NCBI GenBank assembly: GCA_965216755.1
Contig: CBDCGL010000011.1
Location: 2,720,001-2,784,000 of the forward strand
DNA: 64,000 nt
Origin: Alphaproteobacteria bacterium
GTDB lineage: Bacteria; Pseudomonadota; Alphaproteobacteria; UBA7887
Direction of reading: 5' to 3'
The notes under the pieces: generated by a model
The model's database searches: none
What the model was told of the DNA's origin: nothing
What the model saw: the letters and a program-made list of their open reading frames with translations, nothing else
In this document: piece after piece, positions 30,409 to 39,837 of the stretch
Numbering within the stretch: position 1 is the stretch's first letter
Layout of the letters: each line of letters begins with the position of its first letter
Translations under genes and position numbers: made by a program

Positions 30409-31332
30409 ATGCGCCTCAATCGCTTCGACCTGAACCAGCTTGTCTGCCTCGAGGCTTTGCTGACCGAATGCAGCGTTAGCCGGGCGGCTGCGCGGATCCA
30501 TCTCAGTCAGTCCGCCGTGAGCACGGTACTCGCCCAGCTGCGCGCGCATTTCGGCGACGCGCTGCTGGTCCGTTCGGGGCGCGGCCTGGTCCTGACGCCG
30601 TTCGCCCGGGATCTGATTCAACCGGTCAAGGAGCTACTGGTGCGCGCGCACGCGTTGACGGCGCTGAGCCCGGAACGCGCACCCGCCGACGTGGACCGGG
30701 ATCTGACCATCGCCGCGTCCGACTACACCATGGCGGCATTCATGGCCGATGCCATAAGACGGGCCAATCAGCGGATGCCCAATCTGCGGTTCGACATCTT
30801 GCCGCTGTCCGAACAGTCGGCAGGCCTGATGAATCGGGGTGAAATCGATCTGATGCTGGCCGGGCAAGCGCTGGTGGTGGGCCGCCCGCCCAATGCCACG
30901 GTGTGCGCGGATAACTACGCCTGTTTGGTCTCGGCCGACCATGACTTGCCCGATCAGGCGATGACCGTGGACTCCTATTTCGCGCGGCGCCATGTGGTGG
31001 TGCGCTACTTTGAATCGCAGCTGACATTCGCGGACGAGGACGCGTTGCGTCGACGTGGATTGCGGCGGCCCCGCCAGATCGCCGTTTGGTCTCACGCCCT
31101 AGTGCCGCAATTGATTTCCGGCACATCGATGATCGCGACGATCCCCCAGCGCATTGCCCAGCAATTCAGTACGCGCTGGCCGTTGAAGATCTATCCCTTT
31201 CCGTTCGCGACCGAGCCCATGCACGTATTTGCTTATTGGCATCCGAGCCGTGAGCATGACCCTGTGCTCAAGCATGTCATGTCGCTTGTCTCCGATGTCC
31301 TCGCCAAACCAAGTAACTCTGGCCTCCCATGA
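30409..31332 (+). CDS. LysR-family regulator (NodD/DntR-like subgroup)
   Basis: FDLNQLVCLEALLTECSVSRAA..LSQSAVS..LRAHFGDALLVR, IAASDY, C-terminal YWH..DP. Confidence 0.92.
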   Translation: MRLNRFDLNQLVCLEALLTECSVSRAAARIHLSQSAVSTVLAQLRAHFGDALLVRSGRGLVLTPFARDLIQPVKELLVRAHALTALSPERAPADVDRDLTIAASDYTMAAFMADAIRRANQRMPNLRFDILPLSEQSAGLMNRGEIDLMLAGQALVVGRPPNATVCADNYACLVSADHDLPDQAMTVDSYFARRHVVVRYFESQLTFADEDALRRRGLRRPRQIAVWSHALVPQLISGTSMIATIPQRIAQQFSTRWPLKIYPFPFATEPMHVFAYWHPSREHDPVLKHVMSLVSDVLAKPSNSGLP

Positions 31333-31372
31333 GCCTTCGCGCGCGATCGGGCGCGTCGGTTTGCGAGTCGTG

Positions 31373-32893
31373 TCACTGCGTGGCATTGCCCACCCAGTCC
31401 GGTAACAGGCCGAGTTCGATGCCGAACACAGCCCGGACCGCGCTGTAGGTTATCGCCATCGTGACCACCAGCCCCGTAATGTTGGCCAAGACACCCGCGC
31501 GCACAAGCTGGGCAATGCGAATATATCCACTTGCGAACACCACGGCGTTTGGCGGCGTCGCCACCGGCATCATGAACGCGCAGCTCGCGGCCAGAACGGT
31601 GGGGAAGACAAGCAACAGCGGATTTTCGCCGAGACCAACGGCGACCGCAGCGACGATCGGCAGAAATGTGGCCGTGGTGGCGGTGTTGCTGGTCAGCTCG
31701 GTCAGCAGGATCATCAGCGCCACCACGCACAGGATGACGATAACCGTCGGCAGCCCCGCGAGACCACCGGTCTGACCGCCGATCCAATCGGCAAGGCCGC
31801 TGCCCTTGATGCCGGCGGCCAGAGACAAGCCACCGCCGAACAGGATCACGACACCCCAGGGCAGCTTGCTGGCCCAATCGCCACTCAGCACAAAGATGCC
31901 TTTACGCGGCTCGACCGGAACCACGAACATGGCCAGCGCGCCAAGGAAGGCGATCGCCGTGTCGTGCAGGGGGATGCCGGTGGCCTCCGTGATCATGGGC
32001 CGAAACACCCACAGCGCCGCGGTGACGGCGACAATCACAGCCACCAAGCGTTCGCCGCGCGACATCGGCCCAAGATCCTTGAGCTGCTCCGCGATCATGG
32101 CGGCTTGGCCGGGTACCGCCGGCAGATGGAGCGGAAAGACGATGCGCGTCAAGATGACCCAGACAATTGGCAACATGATGACCATGGTCGGCACGCCCAC
32201 CATCATCCAGTCGAGAAAACTGACATCGATTCCGTAGGTTTCGGACATAAATCCGGCAAGCACGGCATTGGGAGCCGTGCCGATCAATGTGCCCATCCCC
32301 CCGATTGTCGCAGCGTAGGCGATGCCGATCATCAGGGCGGTCGCAAAGCGCCGATTTTCCGCCTGCCGGGCGGCATCGTCACCGGCCTCGCGCGTCGCGA
32401 AATCGATCACCGACAGGGCAATGGGCACCATCATGACCGTTGTTGTGGTGTTGAACACCCACATGCTGATCGGTGCCGTTGCCAACATAAAACCGCCCAC
32501 CACATTAACCGGGCGGCCACCGACCAACGCCACGAGATTGAGGGCGATGCGCCGATGCAGGCCCCAGCGCTGCATGCCGAGGGCGATGATAAATCCGCCC
32601 AACATCAGGAAAATAATGGGATTGGCGTAAGGATAGGCCGTCTCCTTGATCGGCATCACGTCGAGCAGGGGAAATGCCGCCAGAGGAATCAACGCCGTCG
32701 CCGATAGCGGAATGGCTTCGCTGACCCACCAAGTTGCGATTAGCGCGGCAACTGCCGCCGTGTGCCAGCCGGCTACCGACAACCCAGCCGGCGCTGGCAT
32801 GGCTTCGAGCGCCAAAAAGACGACAACGCCGAGGATCAGCCCGATGGCTTGGCTGCGGGCATAGCTGCCCTCGGTCTCTTGGTTTTCACTCAT
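31373..32893 (-). CDS. DASS/SLC13 sodium:dicarboxylate or sulfate symporter
   Basis: WWVSEAIP, SMWVFNT, GTLIGTAPN, TELTSNTAT, AFMMPVATPPNA. Confidence 0.93.
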   Translation of the reverse strand: MSENQETEGSYARSQAIGLILGVVVFLALEAMPAPAGLSVAGWHTAAVAALIATWWVSEAIPLSATALIPLAAFPLLDVMPIKETAYPYANPIIFLMLGGFIIALGMQRWGLHRRIALNLVALVGGRPVNVVGGFMLATAPISMWVFNTTTTVMMVPIALSVIDFATREAGDDAARQAENRRFATALMIGIAYAATIGGMGTLIGTAPNAVLAGFMSETYGIDVSFLDWMMVGVPTMVIMLPIVWVILTRIVFPLHLPAVPGQAAMIAEQLKDLGPMSRGERLVAVIVAVTAALWVFRPMITEATGIPLHDTAIAFLGALAMFVVPVEPRKGIFVLSGDWASKLPWGVVILFGGGLSLAAGIKGSGLADWIGGQTGGLAGLPTVIVILCVVALMILLTELTSNTATTATFLPIVAAVAVGLGENPLLLVFPTVLAASCAFMMPVATPPNAVVFASGYIRIAQLVRAGVLANITGLVVTMAITYSAVRAVFGIELGLLPDWVGNATQ

Positions 32894-33142
32894 TGGACCC
32901 TCTCACGGTTGCGCGCGGTGGCACATGGGTGTCGGACCGCTTGCTTTTCATTGTGTTGGGCAGCAGTGCGACAGTATTAGCCGCGTTGCACCGGTGAGGA
33001 AATCGACAATATCATGCCGCCGTGTGTGTCTCTGACCCACCACACCCAATGGCGGCGGCGATCCAAGGTTGACGAAATTGGTGCGCCCGGAGACGCGCAA
33101 GCGAATTGACCACCAGCGGACCGTAGAGGCGATCTTTCAACC

Positions 33143-34285
33143 ATGCTGACAACCATCTCCGAAATCGAGGTCCATACCCTGCGCACGCCACACGAGACGC
33201 GTCCGCACTGGGTAAGCCACTTCATCGTGCCGACTGCGAACGAGCTGTTGGTGCGCCTGCGCACAAATGACGGTATTGAGGGCTTCGGCCTGGCCACCGC
33301 CTATGGCGATATCGGGCCCATCGTCGCGGCGATCAAGTCCGGGTTGCCCGAGCAGATCATTGGCATGAACCCGCTGGCACCGGAGCAAATCTATCACAAG
33401 CTATTCGCCCTGACCGCGACCCGTACGGCGAGCGAAAAAGGCTGGAGCCGGGAAGCGCTGGTACGGATCTCGGCGGCCATTGACATCGCCTGCTGGGATA
33501 TTGTCGGCAAGATCGCGAATCTGCCGCTGTATCAACTGTTCGGGGGGTACCGCGATCGGGTCCCCTGCTACGTCACCTGTGCCTATTACCGAGAGGGCAA
33601 AGACAATGCAGAACTCCGTGACGAAATCAAACGGCTGGTCGCCCAAGGCCATCGCGGCTTCAAAGCCAAGGTGGGGGGACTGACTCTGGCCGAGGACATC
33701 AGCCGCATGGAAATCGTGCGCGAGGAGATCGGACCGGACCGTGACCTGATGATCGACGTCAATCGGGCCTGGGATCTGAAGACCGCCATCGAGGGCGCCC
33801 GACTGCTGGAGCCACTAAACCCGGTGTGGTTGGAGGAGCCGGTGCGATGGATGGACGACCGGCGCGAGTTGAAACTGTTGTCGCAACGGACCGCGATCCC
33901 CCTCTCGGGCGGCGAGAGCGAGCTGACCGGCTATGGTTGCCGGGCGATGCTGGAGGAAGGCGCGATTCAACTTCTGCAATTCGACTGCACCATGTTCGGT
34001 GGCTTCACCGAGGGGCGCAAGCTGGCGGCGCTGTGCGAACTCAATCATGTTGATGTCGCCCCGCACCACGACTGCTTCATTCATGCGTCGCTGGTGGCGG
34101 CCACGCCGGCAGGGCGGATCGTCGAGTCGTTCACGGATCCGGAACGCGATCCCCTGCAGGCCGAGCTGTTCGAGAATCCGCCTCAGATCAAGGATGGCTG
34201 GCTGACACTGAACGATGCCCCGGGCCTTGGATTGACCCTTTCGAAACCGGCGGTCGAGAAATTCGGCACCCAAATCTTCAAGTAG
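33143..34285 (+). CDS. Mandelate racemase/muconate lactonizing enzyme (enolase superfamily)
   Basis: IDIACWDIVGK, FKAKVG (KxK), MIDVN, WLEEP, GGESE. Confidence 0.92.
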   Translation: MLTTISEIEVHTLRTPHETRPHWVSHFIVPTANELLVRLRTNDGIEGFGLATAYGDIGPIVAAIKSGLPEQIIGMNPLAPEQIYHKLFALTATRTASEKGWSREALVRISAAIDIACWDIVGKIANLPLYQLFGGYRDRVPCYVTCAYYREGKDNAELRDEIKRLVAQGHRGFKAKVGGLTLAEDISRMEIVREEIGPDRDLMIDVNRAWDLKTAIEGARLLEPLNPVWLEEPVRWMDDRRELKLLSQRTAIPLSGGESELTGYGCRAMLEEGAIQLLQFDCTMFGGFTEGRKLAALCELNHVDVAPHHDCFIHASLVAATPAGRIVESFTDPERDPLQAELFENPPQIKDGWLTLNDAPGLGLTLSKPAVEKFGTQIFK

Positions 34286-34507
34286 TTCCGTGCCCTCGCC
34301 ACAATGCCATGCACAAAGATAGCCTAGCATCCGCGACGTTTGCGCGCCGCGAAAACGGCCCTTGAGCTATTCGCGAAAATCGGAGGCGCGGCCGGTTCGA
34401 GTCACGGCTGGTGGTGATGACACCGGATTTGGCGCGATCGCGAGCATTCGTCACCGCCGGTGGTTTGTGATACGGTCAGCGGTGTTGAGGAATAAGGAAG
34501 CACCGAC

Positions 34508-35383
34508 GTGATGATTCGACGGGCGATTGCCCAGCTGGTGGCGCTCACCTTCTGCGGTGCCGCCGCCCATGCCGGAGACACCAACTCGCACAGCGCGGCG
34601 GCGGCTGGGCCGGTGACGCGTGACCTTGGCGGCACCGTGGTACGCGCGCGCGATCCAGTGCCGCTTGACTCGACGGTATGGCAAGAGCTGCGCGCCACGA
34701 TGTTGGGTGACGCGCCGGCGGTCTATTCTGACTCCAAGGTCCGCCTGGTAATGCCGCGCACGGTCGAGGACGCGTTCAATGTGCCGGTGGTGGTCAAACT
34801 GTCTGACCGGATCGGCCCTGTCGCCCAGATTGTCGTGATGGCCGAGAACAACCCGATCCAGACGGCGGCGCAAATTTTTCCGCGCCGGTCGATCGGCGCC
34901 ATCGGCATGAACATTCGCCTTGAGCAAACGACACCGGTACGCGCCGCCGCGCTTGACGCCAATGGCGTTTGGCACGTCGCGACCACCGAAGTGGAGGTGA
35001 TGAATCCAGGCGGCTGCTCGACGCCGATCGGCGCCAGCGGGGCAGGCGCGGCGCCGGTCGGCGCGATTGCCGTCAAACGCTTCGCGCGGCCAGACCGCGC
35101 GACCCGGTTGAAAGTCGGTATCACCCATCCGATGGATACCGGTTTCGCGCCCGACACCAACGGCGACATTGTGCCGGCCTACTATGTCGACACGCTGACT
35201 GTCACCGATACCGCCGGACCGATCGCCGATCTGGTCACTTGGGCGGCGCTGTCCCCCAATCCAAGCTTTTTTTTCGACCTGCCCGAAGCGCGGCAAAGCG
35301 TTCGCGTGACCGCGTCAGACACCAGGGGGCGCGCCTTCGAAGCCCTTGAAGCTAGCCACGAGACATCAGACAAGCCGTCTTGA
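34508..35383 (+). CDS. Fused SoxYZ-like carrier (quinoprotein dehydrogenase-associated type)
   Basis: Signal peptide, ENNP, IRLEQTTPVRAAA, GGC swinging-arm motif (NPGGCS), SoxZ-like THPMDTG and LSPNP. Confidence 0.82.
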   Translation: MMIRRAIAQLVALTFCGAAAHAGDTNSHSAAAAGPVTRDLGGTVVRARDPVPLDSTVWQELRATMLGDAPAVYSDSKVRLVMPRTVEDAFNVPVVVKLSDRIGPVAQIVVMAENNPIQTAAQIFPRRSIGAIGMNIRLEQTTPVRAAALDANGVWHVATTEVEVMNPGGCSTPIGASGAGAAPVGAIAVKRFARPDRATRLKVGITHPMDTGFAPDTNGDIVPAYYVDTLTVTDTAGPIADLVTWAALSPNPSFFFDLPEARQSVRVTASDTRGRAFEALEASHETSDKPS

Positions 35384-35669
35384 TGGGCCACACCGCGCGG
35401 ACGGTGTTTGATGTGTTGGCGCCTTCGCGCCTGGATCATCCTGCAAGGTCAATACCGACGGACCGCTTCAGGTGACCATTCAATGCTCGTTGAAATCTAA
35501 CTCTTCACGTTCGCTTCGACGGGTCGGCAGATGGCGGCCACCAGCGGCGTCCGGCAGGGCCGTTGTCGTTGACGGCATCTGGTTCCAAGACTGGCTGGCC
35601 TTGGAGGTGCCTGCGTGGAGCCCTGGCACCAGCCTATCAAAGCCACAGCATTGTAACCCATTGATATAT

Positions 35670-35678
35670 TGGCGCACC
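35670..35678. repeat. Left att core (duplicated tRNA 3' end)
   Basis: TGGCGCACC, followed by TTCGAACC at 35692 as in the tRNA copy. Confidence 0.85.
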
Positions 35679-35776
35679 TCGAAGGAGAAACTTCGAACCG
35701 CCTCTTTGAAACACTACAAGACTGGGACACCTACCTCAAGGAGAACACTGTCGAGTTCAGGGAGCCTGCACCATGA
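35678..35776 (+). other. Detached 3' segment of the serine recombinase gene (joined in the excised circle)
   Basis: In frame with the shared GCG CAC codons, reads LEGETSNRLFETLQDWDTYLKENTVEFREPAP*. The TGA (35774-35776) overlaps the mobC ATG (35773). Confidence 0.75.
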
Positions 35777-36222
35777 CGCAGCACTCCCAGGATTGGAATC
35801 GCGGCAGCACCTCAAAGGCTTTCACGGACGCGGCGAGGCAAGCCCAATCACAGCCGTATGAAAAACCGGTTCCATTCTCTCTGCGTCTGACGCGCGAAGA
35901 ACGGGCGCAACTGCATGCGCAGGCTGGAGATCAGCCACTCGGTGCCTACATTCGCCACCAATTGCTAGGCGACAAAGCCCAAAAGCGCCGCCGCACACGC
36001 CGGCCCGGAGTCGACCACCAGAAGCTTGCATTGGTACTTGCCGAACTCGGACGTTCGCGGCTCGCCTCCAACCTGAACCAACTTGCCAAGGCAACAAATA
36101 TGGGCACGTTGGACGTATCCGCCGATCTCGAACAGGAGCTCCGTGAGGCTTGCCAGTCCATCGCGGCGATGCGTGAGAAACTAGTCTCGGCCCTGGGCGT
36201 GAAGGTGGAGTCTGGAAAATGA
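35773..36222 (+). CDS. mobC: MobC-like relaxosome accessory protein
   Basis: RHH-like FSLRLTREERAQL..LGAYIR and LAELG...SNLNQLAK motif. ATGA overlap with the relaxase. Confidence 0.85.
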   Translation: MTQHSQDWNRGSTSKAFTDAARQAQSQPYEKPVPFSLRLTREERAQLHAQAGDQPLGAYIRHQLLGDKAQKRRRTRRPGVDHQKLALVLAELGRSRLASNLNQLAKATNMGTLDVSADLEQELREACQSIAAMREKLVSALGVKVESGK

Positions 36223-37511
36223 TACTCGTAGGAAATCAGCGGGGCGGAGCGAAAAGCTTGGCCCTCCATCTGCTGAAAGACGAGAACGATCATGTGGAGG
36301 TGTTCGAACTTCGGGGCTTCGCCTCGGATGAATTGCTCCCTGCACTGAACGAAGCCTACGCCGTGAGCCGGGGCACGCGCTGCAAGCAATTCCTGTTCTC
36401 GCTCAGCTTAAACCCACCGCGTACCGAGAATGTCGAAACGGGCGTGTTTGAGAACGCTATTGACAGAATCGAGGAAAAGCTGGGTTTACAGGGTCAGCCC
36501 CGCGCCATCGTCTTTCATGAAAAGAACGGCCGCCGTCATGCGCATGCGGTGTGGAGCCGGATCGACACAGGTGAAATGAAGGCAGTTCCCCTGCCCTACA
36601 CGAAATTCAGACTGCGGGACATATCGCGTGAGCTTTACCTGGAGCATGGCTGGACCATGCCGCACGGTCTTATGAACTCCGAAGCGCGCGATCCTAAGAA
36701 CTTCACCTTGGCGGAATGGCAACAGGCCAAGAGGATCGGCAAAGACCCACGCGAAATTAAGACCGTCTTCGAGGATTGCTGGGCGGTGAGCGATACGCAG
36801 GCTGCGTTTGCCCATGCCCTAAAGGAGCGCGGCTACGTTCTCGCACGCGGCGACAAGCGCGGTTTCGTGGCGCTCGATTTCCGTGGTGAAGTCCACTCGG
36901 TCTCCAAGCGGGTCGGGATCAAGGCGAAGGACGTGCGCGCCAAGCTGTGCGATGAGGAATCTCTGCCTTCCGTCGATAAAGCCAGAAGCCAGATTGCCGA
37001 GGGCATGGCGGCGCGGCTTCAGGAATTAGAGGGTCAACACCGCAAGACAATTGATGCTCGCACAGCCGCGCTTGAACAACGTTGCAGGACGTTGACGCGC
37101 CAACATGTGGATAAACGACGGGCCATGTCCGAATTCCATGAAGCCCGCCAGCTACGAGAAAGGTGTTTACGCCAGGACCGGTTCCGAAGCGGTTTGCGCG
37201 GCCTCTATGACAGGGTGACAGGGCAGCATAAGAGGATTCGTGAGCGCAATGAGGATGAAGCCTGGCAGGCCCTTTTGCGCGACCGGCGGGAGAAAGATGC
37301 ACTGATATTCCGGCAGCTCGAAGAACGTCGGAACATTCAAGATCGACTTGAAAAACTCAGGTCGCTGAAGTCAGAACGGACAACCGAGCTCAAACGCGAC
37401 ATCGACGCGTACCAGGAGATGAAGGAAGGCGAGCGTGAGAAACTGGAACGTCATCGCAGTGACAAACCACGCATCCAGCGGCGACGGCCCGGCAGAGACC
37501 TGGGGAGATAA
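36219..37511 (+). CDS. Relaxase/mobilization nuclease (MOBP-like)
   Basis: MILVGNQRGG, FSLSLNPP, AIVFHEKNGRRHAHAVWSRID (3-His HUH motif), coiled-coil C-terminus. Confidence 0.9.
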   Translation: MILVGNQRGGAKSLALHLLKDENDHVEVFELRGFASDELLPALNEAYAVSRGTRCKQFLFSLSLNPPRTENVETGVFENAIDRIEEKLGLQGQPRAIVFHEKNGRRHAHAVWSRIDTGEMKAVPLPYTKFRLRDISRELYLEHGWTMPHGLMNSEARDPKNFTLAEWQQAKRIGKDPREIKTVFEDCWAVSDTQAAFAHALKERGYVLARGDKRGFVALDFRGEVHSVSKRVGIKAKDVRAKLCDEESLPSVDKARSQIAEGMAARLQELEGQHRKTIDARTAALEQRCRTLTRQHVDKRRAMSEFHEARQLRERCLRQDRFRSGLRGLYDRVTGQHKRIRERNEDEAWQALLRDRREKDALIFRQLEERRNIQDRLEKLRSLKSERTTELKRDIDAYQEMKEGEREKLERHRSDKPRIQRRRPGRDLGR

Positions 37512-37690
37512 AGTTCAGCCGGCCAACAAAATGAAAAATGGGGTGCGCCTGCACCCCTGCCTCGTGGCGAACAGGGGTGTGCAAGCGGAAGGAAAAATCG
37601 GCGGCGGGCGCACAAGCGTCAGCGCGGAGCCTCGGGAGACCGCCTATTTTTCCTGAAGCGCGCTGAGGGCGAAGCCCTAAGCCGCGTGAG

Positions 37691-37769
37691 GGATCGAAGC
37701 CGCATGGCCGAGACCGCGTATTGCGGGCTCGGTTTACGAGAGCCCGGTCCGGCTTCAGCCGGACGTGCC
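37691..37769 (+). repeat. Structured dispersed repeat, copy A
   Basis: TCGAAGCCGCATGGCCGA...GGGCTCGGTTTACGAGAGCCCG-GTCCGGCT-TC-AGCCGGAC-GTGCC. Confidence 0.85.
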
Positions 37770-38169
37770 GGGAAGCCAGAACCGAATCAGCCTATGATTT
37801 GAAATGTTAGAATTCACGGCCTTGATTACCCATTTATCGGTACCAATCTCCCAGGTCGCTTGGCCACAGGCAAAAACTGTGAACGCCGATTTGGGCGGCT
37901 TTACATGCGCCGGGAAATGTGTTTCTAGAGTGACGCGCTTTCTAGCGACGCTGGATCGGCTCGCTGACCGTGTTCTTCAACACCCCGCTAAGCGCCAGGA
38001 CGTAAGCCGGAAGTGCCGAAATATCCGTAAATGGTGTGTCGGGTCCGTTTTTTTCAATTCTGCATTGACAGTGCCGTCAGCTAGATGGTTACCTTCTCAT
38101 GAAGCTTCCTTTGCAGCTGCGTGAGGTTATTCTTTTGCCCCTTCCAAGTCCCGTTTTTGCGGTTGGAGC

Positions 38170-38675
38170 GTGACTCCGCTGCAAGCCGAGCGTCTGCTGA
38201 TCATTGTTCAAGAGGCCAAACAAAACGGATGGTATATGGGAACTTCAGCAGAATTAGCGAAACTTTTTGGAGGCGATGGCATTAGTGTCACGCCAAGGGC
38301 GGCAAACTATTTCATTACGCACTTGGCTGGGGCATACGGGTGTTGCAGCAAGCAAGGCAGGCGCTGGAGGGTCGATCACGAAAACTTGTGCACTGAAACC
38401 GGAAAGTGCCGCCTACCTGATGGAGTTGCAGCGACTGTGCCAGAGTGGTGCGAACAGGGCGTACCGGGTTTCAAGAGAAGAGTTCTGCCAGGTTCTTGAA
38501 ACGAGGTATGGAGCCGACAGGGAAACCATGGACGATTTCTTCGAGGTCGCGCTCGGAGGCGACTATGTGGAGGCGCTCGTTAACCCACGAGGCTACATCC
38601 GGCCTGGGCCACGGATGGATGCAGCAGCTTGAATACCTGGAGTTATTGTCAAGGAGTGTGGCATCGAATGAATAA
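38170..38675 (+). pseudogene. Probable frameshifted hypothetical gene
   Basis: Protein-like sequence appears to pass through three overlapping ORFs: 38170..38499, 38267..38632 and 38445..38675. Confidence 0.4.
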
Positions 38676-38735
38676 ATATGAAATAATCCGGAGTATTTCT
38701 TTATGTTAGTCCGTGTATTTAAAAGGTAATGTACT

Positions 38736-38972
38736 ATGAAAATCAGAAAAATGCATACTGAAGAAAATCCACCCGAAAGGAAAGGGTTGGTACGGACGTT
38801 TGAAGACCTACGTCGTGAGGCTGGTCCACTTGAGGAAAGGCTGAAGCGTTATGGTTTCGATTTGTACGGTGATCACGAAGGGTTCTATGATTCTCAGAAT
38901 GCGGAACTTAAGAGGAAATCCGACGAACACCTAAAGGCGCCGCTGCTCAGCATAGCTAAACAGGAACCATGA
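38736..38972 (+). CDS. Hypothetical protein, 78 aa
   Basis: AT-rich upstream region with AAGG RBS. ATGA overlap with the next gene. Confidence 0.55.
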   Translation: MKIRKMHTEENPPERKGLVRTFEDLRREAGPLEERLKRYGFDLYGDHEGFYDSQNAELKRKSDEHLKAPLLSIAKQEP

Positions 38973-39673
38973 ATGCGGACGATGAAGGGACAATTGATGT
39001 CAATACGGAGATCCGAGACGTATTAGACTATTATCAAGACACCTTTGTTCTCGCCGGCACGACGTACGCAGAAATATCCAAAAGGACTAACGCAAACGAA
39101 CCTCTTTCTCCTCTCGTACTCGGCGAAGTGCGGAGTGCTCTTACTCATCTGGCGCGAGCCAGCAAAGCGCGCCCAGAGAATTCACAAAAAGAATTGTTCC
39201 GTTCGCGTCGGCACATAGCGGTCGCCGCACGTGAAGCCATTAAAGCCAGCATCACCCTCATCAGAGATGATGTAGAAACAAATTTTCGTTCGAGCATCGA
39301 ATTCTTTGGGCGGGCCGACGAGCAACATGTAAGAGACGCGATGCTGATCGACGCCCGCGTCGCAAAAATGATTGAAGCCGAAGATGACCAAAGCCTAGAG
39401 CAAACCCAAGCGGATATCAGAGACTACAAAGAAATATTGTCATGCTATTTAGCTCTTCGCGAAAAGCAATTAGATGAGGAGTATATAGGACAATTTCTCA
39501 GTAGTGCCGAAATGAGAGCGGAAATCGAAAAGAGGAAAGAACGAGTACAAGAGGACGAGAGGAAGAAAATTGCCACGACGAAGAAAAAAACACGAAGAAC
39601 GGATATTATTGTTTTATTTGTCGTCACAATCGTAGGCGCATTACTCAGTTGGGCGCTAGGTCTTATCCCATAA
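38969..39673 (+). CDS. Hypothetical helical protein with C-terminal TM anchor
   Basis: 234-aa ORF with a charged coiled-coil, then IIVLFVVTIVGALLSWALGLIP. Confidence 0.75.
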   Translation: MNADDEGTIDVNTEIRDVLDYYQDTFVLAGTTYAEISKRTNANEPLSPLVLGEVRSALTHLARASKARPENSQKELFRSRRHIAVAAREAIKASITLIRDDVETNFRSSIEFFGRADEQHVRDAMLIDARVAKMIEAEDDQSLEQTQADIRDYKEILSCYLALREKQLDEEYIGQFLSSAEMRAEIEKRKERVQEDERKKIATTKKKTRRTDIIVLFVVTIVGALLSWALGLIP

Positions 39674-39712
39674 ATCAGCGGGCTGCCAAATAAGAATTTG
39701 GTTCACGAGTGT

Positions 39713-39792
39713 GGTCGAAGCCGAATGGCCGAAGCCTGACGCAGACGGGGTTCGGTTCACGAGGGCCTGGTCCGGCTTTAGTCGGACGTGCC
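39713..39792 (+). repeat. Structured dispersed repeat, copy B
   Basis: TCGAAGCCGAATGGCCGA...GGGTTCGGTTCACGAGGGCCTG-GTCCGGCT-TT-AGTCGGAC-GTGCC. Confidence 0.85.
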
Positions 39793-39837
39793 CGATGAAG
39801 ATTCGCACGTGATTGACACATCTAGTAGATTGATAGT

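Noticed and set aside
34385-34412. GCCGGTTCGAGTCACGGC resembling a tRNA T-arm or second att site
   Set aside because: No D-arm, anticodon arm or acceptor stem can be built, and it does not match the tRNA-Arg end.
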